From positions 672,001 to 736,000 of the forward strand of contig CAWECG010000003.1 of assembly GCA_963807605.1 (NCBI GenBank): DNA of 64,000 nt. Reading direction: 5' to 3'. A program made the translations under genes and the position numbers. Positions 20,487-29,725 of the stretch are shown here, piece by piece (the first letter of the stretch is position 1; each line of letters begins with the position of its first letter). This stretch comes from Candidatus Bathyarchaeota archaeon. GTDB taxonomy: Archaea > Thermoproteota > Bathyarchaeia > 40CM-2-53-6 > RBG-13-38-9. The notes beneath the pieces are model-generated. The model was not told the DNA's origin and did not search any database. It saw nothing but the letters and a program-made list of their open reading frames with translations.

Positions 20487-20863
20487 CCTTTACGCGTCTC
20501 CAGCTTCGATTATTGTAGGAGAAGTCCACCATGGAGAAAATATTAAGCATTTATTTTCGCTTTTCTGGAAGCATTAAGCGCGCCAATCAGATCAACCGTA
20601 ATTATGCCTGAAGGCTTGAAAGAAGACCCAACGTTTCTGACGGCCAATTTCAAGGTCAGCAAGGAACCGTAGCAGTCCGCCCCAACTGATCTTCAGTATG
20701 GGATCGTTTCCCCCTTTTTGTTTTCACTGAAGAACGTGACGCACGTGCGTGAACGCAGGATCTGTCTCCATGAGGCGCTGAAGCACGATGAACCTTGATC
20801 TTTAACCGCAAGTAATTTAAACCCTCTTCATTGACATCTTCAAAGGATTAGGTGTCTTTTAAG

Positions 20864-22240
20864 TTGAGTGAAGAAAAACCTAGCGAAGAAAAGAAGGTTG
20901 AAGAGAAGACGACTGAAGAGAAAAAGAAGATCACTAGACGTGCCTATCTGAAATACGCTGGCGGCGCTGTTGCCGTTGCTGCCATAGCTGCTGCGGGATA
21001 CGAGGCTTACCAGTACTATGGACAACCTGTTACCCCAACTACCTCAGTTTCGCATGTTACACCCCCCCCAGGTTACAAGACAGTGAAAATCGGTGGAACC
21101 AAGCCGCTAACCGGTTCTGCGGCACTAAACGGTATAGATGAAGATCATGGGCTGGAAATCTGGGCGAAGGATTGGGTCAACAACCAAGGCGGAATAAAGG
21201 CTGGAGACGGAAACACATACATGGTCGATTTGACTATCTACAATGACGAGTCAAAACCTGAGAACGTAAGCAGATTCTATGAGAAACTGATCAGCGAGGA
21301 TAAAATGGACTTCCTAATGGGCCCCGTTTGGGGGCCTCTTGGCCAAGCAACGGTCGCTGCGGTTGAGAAATACCATAAACTGGAGATCTATGGAAACTCT
21401 ACCTTCGACCCAGCACAGTGGAAGAACTGGAAATACATAATGATGGTCCAGACCAATGGAAGCGAATACCTGAACATTCTAAATAAGATGATCATCAACA
21501 AGATTATACCCAAAGATCCGGATGCAAAGAACATAGCGATAGTCCACACCGACGATGGATTTGGAATCATAGCTGGAACATATGGCTACCAGTGGGCAAA
21601 GCAGCAGCCTCAACTGAACATAGTCTACTATGAGAAGGTATCTTTCGATTCAACAGATTTTACTCCGGTACTCACAAGGGTCAAACAAGCCAATCCATCG
21701 ATACTCCTATTCGAAGCCGGTCTTAAAGCACCACTGGCTGCAAAGAATGTTCGCGAGCTCGGGCTAGACCTGAAACTATTCTACGCCGGCACCTACGGAG
21801 TTTACAAAACATTCTACGACGGACTCGGCCCCAAGTACGGCGAAGACATAGTCTCTATAACCCAGTGGGTTCCGGGAGAGGACTACCCATCCAACTATGG
21901 ACCAACAGAAGACTGGTTCATGACACAATTAAAGAATGACTACAACGTTACAAATCCAGGATACCCGGCAGGGACAGGTTTCACGCAAGGCCTTATCCTG
22001 CAAGCCGCTATGGAGAAATGTAGTAACCCGTTGGACTCCGACGCGATGAGACAGGTTGTCGGCAATGTAAAGTTCACTGGTTTCTTCGGGGATATAGCCT
22101 TCGATCCGGTGACTGGCTGGCAGACAGGCCACGAGATGTCAGCGCTGCAGTGGCAGGATGGCAAACCAGTCTGCGTCTACCCAGACAAGGTCGCGAAGGC
22201 GCCAGTGAGATATCCAATGGCAAAGTGGTCTACACTCTAA
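20864..22240 (+). CDS. Branched-chain amino acid-type ABC substrate-binding protein with twin-Arg signal (orphan, paralog 1)
   Basis: ITRRAYLKY + hydrophobic stretch; PLTG, VNNQGGI, YNDESKP, DFTPVL, FTGFFGDI. Confidence 0.88.
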   Translation: MSEEKPSEEKKVEEKTTEEKKKITRRAYLKYAGGAVAVAAIAAAGYEAYQYYGQPVTPTTSVSHVTPPPGYKTVKIGGTKPLTGSAALNGIDEDHGLEIWAKDWVNNQGGIKAGDGNTYMVDLTIYNDESKPENVSRFYEKLISEDKMDFLMGPVWGPLGQATVAAVEKYHKLEIYGNSTFDPAQWKNWKYIMMVQTNGSEYLNILNKMIINKIIPKDPDAKNIAIVHTDDGFGIIAGTYGYQWAKQQPQLNIVYYEKVSFDSTDFTPVLTRVKQANPSILLFEAGLKAPLAAKNVRELGLDLKLFYAGTYGVYKTFYDGLGPKYGEDIVSITQWVPGEDYPSNYGPTEDWFMTQLKNDYNVTNPGYPAGTGFTQGLILQAAMEKCSNPLDSDAMRQVVGNVKFTGFFGDIAFDPVTGWQTGHEMSALQWQDGKPVCVYPDKVAKAPVRYPMAKWSTL

Positions 22241-22248
22241 ACCACAGA

Positions 22249-22289
22249 TCTCCTTTCCTCCTTTTCCCTTTTCTTTTTTCTTTTTTCTT
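22249..22289 (+). terminator. Pyrimidine/oligo-T terminator
   Basis: About 40 nt C/T tract with T runs just after the stop codon. Confidence 0.6.
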
Positions 22290-22705
22290 AGGATGGATAG
22301 GTATGGTGCTAGAGTTTTTCGCGCAGACAATTGATTTCTGCTTTTGAATATCGGCTTTGCCTAAGATCTAAAGAACACGTGATTCTGTGGTGTTCGGATC
22401 GCTGTAGGAGATCGTTGTCATCTGCGATAGATGATTTCACCGTGATGAGATGCGCGCGCCGAAGCTTTCGGCATGCTTTTGGCGTCATTAAGCTTGCCGA
22501 AGTGGCTTTATCATATCTCTGAAGCTCTGCCAATGAGGAAAGTTGAATTGGGAGAACCTGCCTCTACGCTGCTGAAATACGGTAGTTGAGTATTCCGGAT
22601 TCACATCATCGTGACTCGTTGATCGGTGGGTCTTGCGATTACTATACACTTATCTGACAGAACTTATTAGCACAATATTCGTTCAGTTGGTTTAGGCGCT
22701 TTTAC

Positions 22706-23035
22706 ATGGCTAACGTGGCCAGAGGATTGATAGTCATTGGCATCGGGGTTCTTGTGGTGTTGATGTTTGCTCTCCCGTCTGGTGTAGGTCCCGCGGGTTC
22801 TGGATTTTTGATAATTGAAGTTGGTGGAATAATATTATATGCAGGCCTTGCAATACTTGTTTTTGACATCACTGAATATAGTGCGCACACCAAAAAGACT
22901 AGTACAAGTCACCGCTCACCGTCCGTAGTCTGTAGGAACTGCGGCAGAGATCTCAAGGCGCTACCTCAGGACGCCAAATTCTGCTATTACTGCGGGAGCT
23001 CAACAGTAAGTGACGAAGAGACAAAGATTTACTAG
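22706..23035 (+). CDS. Two-TM membrane protein with C-terminal zinc ribbon
   Basis: Two hydrophobic helices, CRNCG...AKFCYYCG, tail DEETKIY. Confidence 0.75.
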   Translation: MANVARGLIVIGIGVLVVLMFALPSGVGPAGSGFLIIEVGGIILYAGLAILVFDITEYSAHTKKTSTSHRSPSVVCRNCGRDLKALPQDAKFCYYCGSSTVSDEETKIY

Positions 23036-23362
23036 TTACGTAGGTGCTCCTCCCGCTACAATTGCTCAATTGTCACGGTTGATGAATAAGCAATTCTTCA
23101 CGATTGTTAGAGAACATGTCTTCACAGTAATCATTATTCATATTACAACGTACATAACCGAGAATAATAGAACTCAAGCTTGATCATCAAATACGAATTA
23201 TGTTTTGACGTAGGTCAGTTGCAACACTTGTTTCAGGCTGGAGTCAGTCTGTCAGGCAAGGATGTTTGATATTGAATAATTCGCGTATCATAGCGCGTGC
23301 TTTCTGTCATTTTGGAAACTCTTATACTCTAACTGTAGCAACTCTATTTTGGGGTTCTCATA

Positions 23363-24625
23363 ATGGCTTTTTCTCCTGCTATGAAATGCACAGTCAATCG
23401 TTCCTATGTGAAGGCTAACGCAGGTGGGGTAGTGTTTGTAGCAATAGACTTTACGCCACCCCAAGTCGCGACTGTTTACCGACAGAATATGAATGTCTCT
23501 CTTGCTGTTGATTGCAGTGGCTCTATGTCGGGGGGGAAATTGACTCAAGCAAAAGAATCAGCCCTAGCATTGAGCCAGCAACTAGGTCCAAACGACATTA
23601 TCTCCGTCGTTTCCTTTGAGAGTCACGCAAAGGTCAAATTGAAGGCAACGAAAGCCTCCGATTCCGCGGCGATAGATGGGGCTATCGAGAAGATCGAACT
23701 GGGAGGGGGTACGAATATGTATGGTGGTCTCGAGCACTCGTACAAAGAGACACTTAAGAATTCTGGCAACGCCGGCACCATAAGTAGGGTTCTCGTGTTA
23801 ACTGACGGCCAGCCTACCGAAGGAAAAACGAACGATAATGATTTCGTCAAACTCGCCCAGAAGATCAGGGACGACGGAATTACGATAACAACTTTGGGCA
23901 TAGGTAATGACTATAATGACGCTTTGCTAACCAAGATTGCTCAAACTGGCGGTGGACTTTGGTATCACATAAGAGATCCCGCTAGGGATCTTGGGGAGAT
24001 CTTCAAGGAACAAGTCACCCAGATGATAGGGACCCTTGTCAGAAATCCTGTTCTGAAGATGCGACTCATGCCGGGAGCGGAGTTCTCTCAGGTTTTCGCC
24101 GTGAAACCTATGTTAACGCAACTGCCAAACCCGATTGGCGCTAACAATCAATACCAAATTCCCATCAAGGACCTCATCTCAGAGCAAGAACAGAACCTCG
24201 TATTCAAAATAAGATTCCCTCCAAGACAGCCAGGGCTATTCAGGCTACTTCGCGCCGAGTTGCAGAATATATCCCAAGATCTTACAGTAACATATACGAT
24301 AGATCCGAAGCTGTATGAGCCCGAATTGGATCCCTATCCGCGAGCGTTACTTAGACTAAGTGAAGCAACCGTAGTTATGAGAAGCGGAATAGCGAGCAAT
24401 GACCAGACAGTTGCTCGAAACGCCGACACGATATTAAGAGAAATCACTGCTGATGGGAACTTGGCAACCGTTGTGAAAAAGAATCCAGTAGTTGGTGACG
24501 TACTGACAGCATTGCAAGGTACGAAACTCAAGATGAGTAAAGGCCTAATCAGCGAGTCTGACAAGAAACAGATGATGCAAGAATCAACTTTTATAGGTAA
24601 GAAGAAGTCAGACATGAGGAGTTGA
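23363..24625 (+). CDS. von Willebrand factor A domain protein (ArnB-like)
   Basis: MIDAS DCSGSM, GGTN, LTDGQPT, LGIG.DY; helical C-terminus. Confidence 0.9.
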   Translation: MAFSPAMKCTVNRSYVKANAGGVVFVAIDFTPPQVATVYRQNMNVSLAVDCSGSMSGGKLTQAKESALALSQQLGPNDIISVVSFESHAKVKLKATKASDSAAIDGAIEKIELGGGTNMYGGLEHSYKETLKNSGNAGTISRVLVLTDGQPTEGKTNDNDFVKLAQKIRDDGITITTLGIGNDYNDALLTKIAQTGGGLWYHIRDPARDLGEIFKEQVTQMIGTLVRNPVLKMRLMPGAEFSQVFAVKPMLTQLPNPIGANNQYQIPIKDLISEQEQNLVFKIRFPPRQPGLFRLLRAELQNISQDLTVTYTIDPKLYEPELDPYPRALLRLSEATVVMRSGIASNDQTVARNADTILREITADGNLATVVKKNPVVGDVLTALQGTKLKMSKGLISESDKKQMMQESTFIGKKKSDMRS

Positions 24626-24631
24626 TGGATC

Positions 24632-25222
24632 CTGGTCGACTGTCCTTCATGTAACAAGCCGGTTAGACCTGGAGACGGATACTGTGAGAACTGCGGTGCA
24701 GCTGTGACCCAGCCTGTTCAACCTGCTGTTCAGCCGCCAAGCCCAACTTCGAGCAAGATTATGTGTCAGAGTTGCGGTGCAGAGAATCCACCCGATGCGA
24801 TGTTCTGCGAGCTATGTGGAAAGCAGTTGGCTCCGCCAGGTATGGCTCCGAGTCCCGCCCCGGTGGCACTCGCTCAAAGAGGTTACCTGACCTTGCCTGA
24901 TGGTTCACAAATTGAAATTACTCTCTCCCAGAGAGCAATCGGCAGAGTTGATCTTTCCAAGTTTCTAACGGAGAGCGAGGATATTAACCAGATATCAAGG
25001 GCACATGCAACCGTCTGGTCCGAATCTACACCAGACGGGCAAGCAAAATTCTTCGTCGAGGACGGCGTGACAAATGTTCAGAACAAAGCCAGTCTAAACG
25101 GTACTGCACTTGTGAGAAGTGGAAATAGGGAAGAGATTAAAGAGAAGGGTAGACGTGAACTTCAGAACGGTGACGAGATCGATATAGCAGAAGTAATCAA
25201 GTTAAAATTCACTATCCAGTAA
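24632..25222 (+). CDS. Double zinc ribbon + FHA domain protein (ArnA-like)
   Basis: The frame is open upstream of GTG 24704 and adds CPSC...YCENCG. Then CQSCG...FCELCG and FHA motifs IGR, SRAH, SLNGT. No canonical start for the full protein. Confidence 0.85.
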   Translation: MVDCPSCNKPVRPGDGYCENCGAAVTQPVQPAVQPPSPTSSKIMCQSCGAENPPDAMFCELCGKQLAPPGMAPSPAPVALAQRGYLTLPDGSQIEITLSQRAIGRVDLSKFLTESEDINQISRAHATVWSESTPDGQAKFFVEDGVTNVQNKASLNGTALVRSGNREEIKEKGRRELQNGDEIDIAEVIKLKFTIQ

Positions 25223-25237
25223 TCCACAATCTAGTGC

Positions 25238-26425
25238 ATGGACGTGTCTTTGTCTTCAGGTCACTTCATCGCAGGGAACAAGAACTTATACAGGATAGAG
25301 CGTGAGATCACTGCTGGAGGCATGGGATACGTCTACGCAGCTAGGTCGAGCTACGGGCATGAAGTCGTTGTTAAGACCACCCGATTCTATGGAGATAGAC
25401 TTGATCAAGTCAGGCTCGAGAGGCTCAAGACAGAAGCAAGGATACTAAGTCTTCTAAACCACCCGAATATTGTCCGGTACATCGACCATCGAGATGACGG
25501 AGAGAGATTCTACCTTGTCATAGAGATGATCCATGGCCGAACCATGAAAGATGAGTATTTGGGGCGACCTGCTTCTGAATCAGCTGTGAAAGAATACGTT
25601 CTGTTTCTTCTCGAAGCCTTAAGATATTTACACGGACAGCAAGTCGTACATCGTGATGTCAATCCTAAGAACCTAATTTTGGACCCCTACAGGCAACTGG
25701 TCCTAATAGATTTTGGAGCAGCCAGACAATTAGACAGCCAAACAACAGGGCTCGGCAAATACGTGGGCACTGAATACTGGTCGGATCCTGAACAGTTCAC
25801 CACAGGGCTAGTTAGCGTTTGCAATGATATCTATGCTGTGGGCTCGACTATGTTCTTTCTCCTTACAGGAGAGGAACCGAGAAAATACCTGACGGACCGA
25901 AAACTCTTGACTAGGCTACCACACCAAATCAACCCCTCTGTGAGCCGTGAGCTATCTAGAATTGTCAAGATCGCCATGGACCCTAACCCTTCAGAAAGAT
26001 TTCAAACAACAGACGAAATGATAAGCCTGATAAAGAATGGGCATACGGCTACCTTGGGTGAACCACACATACTATTCCAAGGCAGAAGATATGAGATTAG
26101 GGAAGAGTTTGAGATAGGACGAGCACACGAATGCGATTCTGAATGCAGCTTGAAGAATTTTCATAGTCCACCTGATCTCCCAGTAAGCGACCCTGATAAT
26201 TACATCGATAGACACCATGCTAGACTCTCCATCGATCGTTCTGGAACATGTTGGATCGAAGACCTTGGTAGCCTGAATTCCCCAGCAATCTCACATGATG
26301 GAGGAAGGACTTTTAAGAGAATACCAAGAAATGGGAGGAACCGGCTTCATGAAGGAGATACTGTGGCGATTGTCTACAGTAATCGACGTGGAGCCTACAT
26401 GACCTTTACATTCAGGACGATGTAG
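25238..26425 (+). CDS. Hanks-type protein kinase with C-terminal FHA domain (paralog 1)
   Basis: GGMGYVY, VVVK, HPNIV, HRDVNPKN, DFG, DPEQ, DIYAVG; FHA IGR...RHHA...EDLGSLN. Confidence 0.9.
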   Translation: MDVSLSSGHFIAGNKNLYRIEREITAGGMGYVYAARSSYGHEVVVKTTRFYGDRLDQVRLERLKTEARILSLLNHPNIVRYIDHRDDGERFYLVIEMIHGRTMKDEYLGRPASESAVKEYVLFLLEALRYLHGQQVVHRDVNPKNLILDPYRQLVLIDFGAARQLDSQTTGLGKYVGTEYWSDPEQFTTGLVSVCNDIYAVGSTMFFLLTGEEPRKYLTDRKLLTRLPHQINPSVSRELSRIVKIAMDPNPSERFQTTDEMISLIKNGHTATLGEPHILFQGRRYEIREEFEIGRAHECDSECSLKNFHSPPDLPVSDPDNYIDRHHARLSIDRSGTCWIEDLGSLNSPAISHDGGRTFKRIPRNGRNRLHEGDTVAIVYSNRRGAYMTFTFRTM

Positions 26426-26429
26426 GCAA

Positions 26430-27320
26430 GTGAACGGGGATAACTCTACAAAAAATGCGAACACTACCCCGAAGAGATCGCCTTTACAAGAAGATATCGA
26501 AAAAGTCTTAGAACAGCCGAAAAAGATAACTGAAACAGCCACTCGCTCCGAAAAAAAGATCGGTTTTGCCACACACGTCGGAATGCATCGACAGTTGAAT
26601 GAAGACAGCTTGGCATCATTAGAGGTTACAGCCGCCTACGAATCGAAGACAAAGAAACGCCTTCTACTTCTCGTGGCCGACGGGATGGGAGGCCACAATG
26701 CGGGCGAGATTGCAAGCCGGATAGGTTCCGAGACCATAGTTAATGCTCTTGCGCAACTGCTAAGCTCGAAGGACGAAAACGCTTCCAGATATGGTGAAGC
26801 ATTTAGAGCAGCCATTTCATTGGCGAATCAAAGGATCCTACAAGCATCCACTCAGACTTCTGGAAGTGAAGGCATGGGCACAACCGTCACCTTGGCAATA
26901 ATCGACGGCAACCAGCTCCATACTGCTAATGTTGGTGATTCAAGGTGCTACATAATAAATGAGGAAGATGCATGGCAGTTCACGAAGGATCATTCCTACG
27001 TTCAACAATTGGTCGATCAAGGAAAGATTACCCGTGAAGAGGCCAGAACTCATCCGAGACGAAATGAGATTACAAGAGTCGTCGGATACTATGGCGTAGT
27101 CGAAATTGACACAGGCGTCACGTCTCTGGATGAGAATGATCGTGTGCTCCTCTGCTCCGACGGATTGATAGCTCACGTGGAGGACGATGAGCTAAAGCGA
27201 ATAGCCCTAGACCATACAGATCCACAGAAGGCTTGCGACGAACTCGTTGAACTCGCGAACAGCAGAGGGGGTAGAGATAACATATCTATTATCATTGCTC
27301 CAGCGAACATTGTGATTTAG
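26430..27320 (+). CDS. PP2C/PPM Ser/Thr phosphatase (PrpC/Stp1-like)
   Basis: RQLNED, ADGMGGH, GMGTT, NVGDSR, TKDHS, CSDGL, GGRDNIS. Confidence 0.93.
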   Translation: MNGDNSTKNANTTPKRSPLQEDIEKVLEQPKKITETATRSEKKIGFATHVGMHRQLNEDSLASLEVTAAYESKTKKRLLLLVADGMGGHNAGEIASRIGSETIVNALAQLLSSKDENASRYGEAFRAAISLANQRILQASTQTSGSEGMGTTVTLAIIDGNQLHTANVGDSRCYIINEEDAWQFTKDHSYVQQLVDQGKITREEARTHPRRNEITRVVGYYGVVEIDTGVTSLDENDRVLLCSDGLIAHVEDDELKRIALDHTDPQKACDELVELANSRGGRDNISIIIAPANIVI

Positions 27321-27439
27321 CACGCGGGCCGTGATGGATTGGCCGAGAGTTGAAAGACGTGGACAAACAGCAATTTCTGGTTGCTCTGGAAAATTCCAGA
27401 TTCACTAGGTTTCGGAATCTTTCGGAAGGTCTTAACGAC

Positions 27440-27661
27440 TTATTTCAGTTTCTTTCCACATGATGGACAGAAAATGGAAGTCTTTCTTACTTGATTTCCA
27501 CAGAATCTGCAGAAAGCCCTCTTTTTCTTCGATGGAAAGCTTAGTCTCGGAACAGAGAGTTTGAAGTTGCGTATACTGTTAAGGTATAGAGTGAAACTAG
27601 AAATATCGAGCGCCGCCAATGAGCGGAGATATAGGCTTGGAAAGCTGAAATTCAACCCCAA
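27440..27661 (-). CDS. Small basic protein with C-terminal zinc ribbon
   Basis: FCRFCG...FCPSCGKKL; upstream TTATAA box near 27705. Confidence 0.6.
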   Translation of the reverse strand: MGLNFSFPSLYLRSLAALDISSFTLYLNSIRNFKLSVPRLSFPSKKKRAFCRFCGNQVRKTSIFCPSCGKKLK

Positions 27662-27790
27662 GTCTTTTAGTCGCCTCTTAAGGGGGAGATTCTGCAGGCG
27701 ATTATTATAAGATTTGTTGGCGAGGTTTCAGTAGATTCTCCGTCTGTGTGTTTATTATCATAATGATAGCATCCGAAGGTGCGCGTTTCT

Positions 27791-28966
27791 CTATGAGGTC
27801 TTGAACGTAATAGTTCTATACGGGCCTTTCTTATCTTTGTAAGCTAGGGCTATTACGTCACTATCTTGTAGTCTCTCCGCTCGGCCAGTTGGAAGTTGGA
27901 GCCAAGACCCTCTTCGACCTACTGCAGTGTTGTTCAAGCTATGCAGATCCTCAACCCAGTAGTCTCCCTGGGTGTCAACAAACACCTTGGCGTGGTGCCT
28001 GCTGATGCATGCTCCTGGTGGGGGGTCGTCTATGCTGACATCGAGAGGTTGATGGAAGCCTTTACTCGTGCATTCCTTTGTGCATGTGTGCGTCCGTCCT
28101 AGTGTGAGGCTACCTTTGATTTTGTACTTCATGCTTCCGACGATTATGTGGGGGACGCCGACTGATACCGACCTGCCCTTGGTTAGCATGTTTATCATGT
28201 CACCAGCCGTCTGGTAACGCGAAGCAACGTCCGGCTGCATAGCAGTTGCGACAATATCAGAAATCTCACGGCTCACGGATGGGTTAAGGTCACAAGGAAG
28301 TTTCAAAAGCGCACCGGTACTTTTCATATGGAATCGTGGCTCCTCGCCTGTCAATAGAAAGAATAACAATGCTCCCGTTGCGTAGACGTCGCAAGCAGGT
28401 GTTAAAACCCCCGTGGTAAACTGTTCTGGGGCGCCCCAACCTGGCGTAACGAGGCCACTGTCGGACATCATGTAGGATTTCTTGCAGCCGCCTAAATCAA
28501 TTAGAACAAGATCTCTCCTTGGCTCCACAATGATGTTTGCAGGTTTTATGTCGCGGTGGAGAATGTTTAATGGAGGATTATGCAAGTATCGTAAAACGTC
28601 CAAGAGAATGATGCTTAAGTGCTTTGCCACTTTCTCCGGAGCCGGGTTGCCCGCGAACCGTTTCATTGTGTCTCCGGGAACGTATTCTTCTACAAGATAA
28701 AATGTTGAGCCCGAATCTTTTTCGTCGACATGTCTTACTATGTTGCGGTGCCTTATCGTACGAAGCAGTTGCGCCTCAAACTTAAGCTTCTGTAGCCGAA
28801 TGTCATCGCATCCATCGCCTGCCACTTTAGTCTCCTTGACAACAACATCTTCACCGGTGTCCGAAGTAGCTAACCATATGAATCCCATGCCTCCGTCGGC
28901 TAGCTTCTTCTTGACTTTATACGTTCCGGAATTGCCAGCGACTTGGGAGCCTGCACTCAGAACCAT
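27791..28966 (-). CDS. Hanks-type protein kinase with C-terminal FHA domain (paralog 2)
   Basis: GGMG, VVVK, HRDIKPAN, DLG, APEQ, DVYATG; FHA LGR...SRHHA...SLNNT; colinear with 25238-26425. Confidence 0.9.
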   Translation of the reverse strand: MVLSAGSQVAGNSGTYKVKKKLADGGMGFIWLATSDTGEDVVVKETKVAGDGCDDIRLQKLKFEAQLLRTIRHRNIVRHVDEKDSGSTFYLVEEYVPGDTMKRFAGNPAPEKVAKHLSIILLDVLRYLHNPPLNILHRDIKPANIIVEPRRDLVLIDLGGCKKSYMMSDSGLVTPGWGAPEQFTTGVLTPACDVYATGALLFFLLTGEEPRFHMKSTGALLKLPCDLNPSVSREISDIVATAMQPDVASRYQTAGDMINMLTKGRSVSVGVPHIIVGSMKYKIKGSLTLGRTHTCTKECTSKGFHQPLDVSIDDPPPGACISRHHAKVFVDTQGDYWVEDLHSLNNTAVGRRGSWLQLPTGRAERLQDSDVIALAYKDKKGPYRTITFKTS

Positions 28967-29114
28967 GGCAGAACTATATGAATACCTCAAATTCCAGAAT
29001 ATACTATTTTCGATTCGACATGTCAGTTTTGCTAAATCATTGACGCGATATTCTGGAGCGCGTGTTACCTTTGATTTGCCGTCTCCGAAATCTCAATTTA
29101 AGGTGGCGCACGCG

Positions 29115-29714
29115 TTAAGAGATTCGTGTGCTTTTCTGGAAGGTTATTAATGAATCGTCTTTGTAAGAAATCGTTCCAGCATGAACAAACCTTGCCTGCT
29201 CTACCTCTTGGACGACTTCCGTCTTGTTGATGATTGGGGGACCGACCCTTCCAGAGAATACGCTCCTACCGGTCTTCTCAACAATGATCAGTCTACCCGG
29301 TGGCTTCATGATCCTAAAGAACTCAGTAAGAACTCTTATCCTGTCTTCCACTTCATGAAAAACATGTACTAGAAGGATAATGTTAACGCTCTCATCCTCA
29401 AGCTCAATCTCTGTTCCGTCAGTCCTCAGGAGCTCTACGGTCACACCACTTCTCTTAGCGTAAGGGGTGACCTTATCAAGCATCTTTGAAGAGATGTCTA
29501 TCCCGATTGTTCTATCTGCAACTTTAGCTATGGGGATCGTGAAGAAACCAGTGCCGCAGCCGAAATCTATGACAACGTCAGTCGGCTTTATCTTCAGCTT
29601 TTGGATAAGCGGCTCAGGAGGATAAAGAAGCCTTCTAATCGGGTTGCTTAGTATAAAGGCCATTCTCTCTGGGAAGCGCCTGTGTATATTAAAGGCGTGA
29701 GCCGATTTGACCAC
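29115..29714 (-). CDS. Class I SAM-dependent methyltransferase (UbiE-like)
   Basis: DFGCGTG, GIDIS, VFHE, RIMKPPG. The ORF track extension beyond 29714 lies inside the IS. Confidence 0.85.
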   Translation of the reverse strand: MVKSAHAFNIHRRFPERMAFILSNPIRRLLYPPEPLIQKLKIKPTDVVIDFGCGTGFFTIPIAKVADRTIGIDISSKMLDKVTPYAKRSGVTVELLRTDGTEIELEDESVNIILLVHVFHEVEDRIRVLTEFFRIMKPPGRLIIVEKTGRSVFSGRVGPPIINKTEVVQEVEQARFVHAGTISYKDDSLITFQKSTRIS

Positions 29715-29725
29715 TACTAGCGCGC

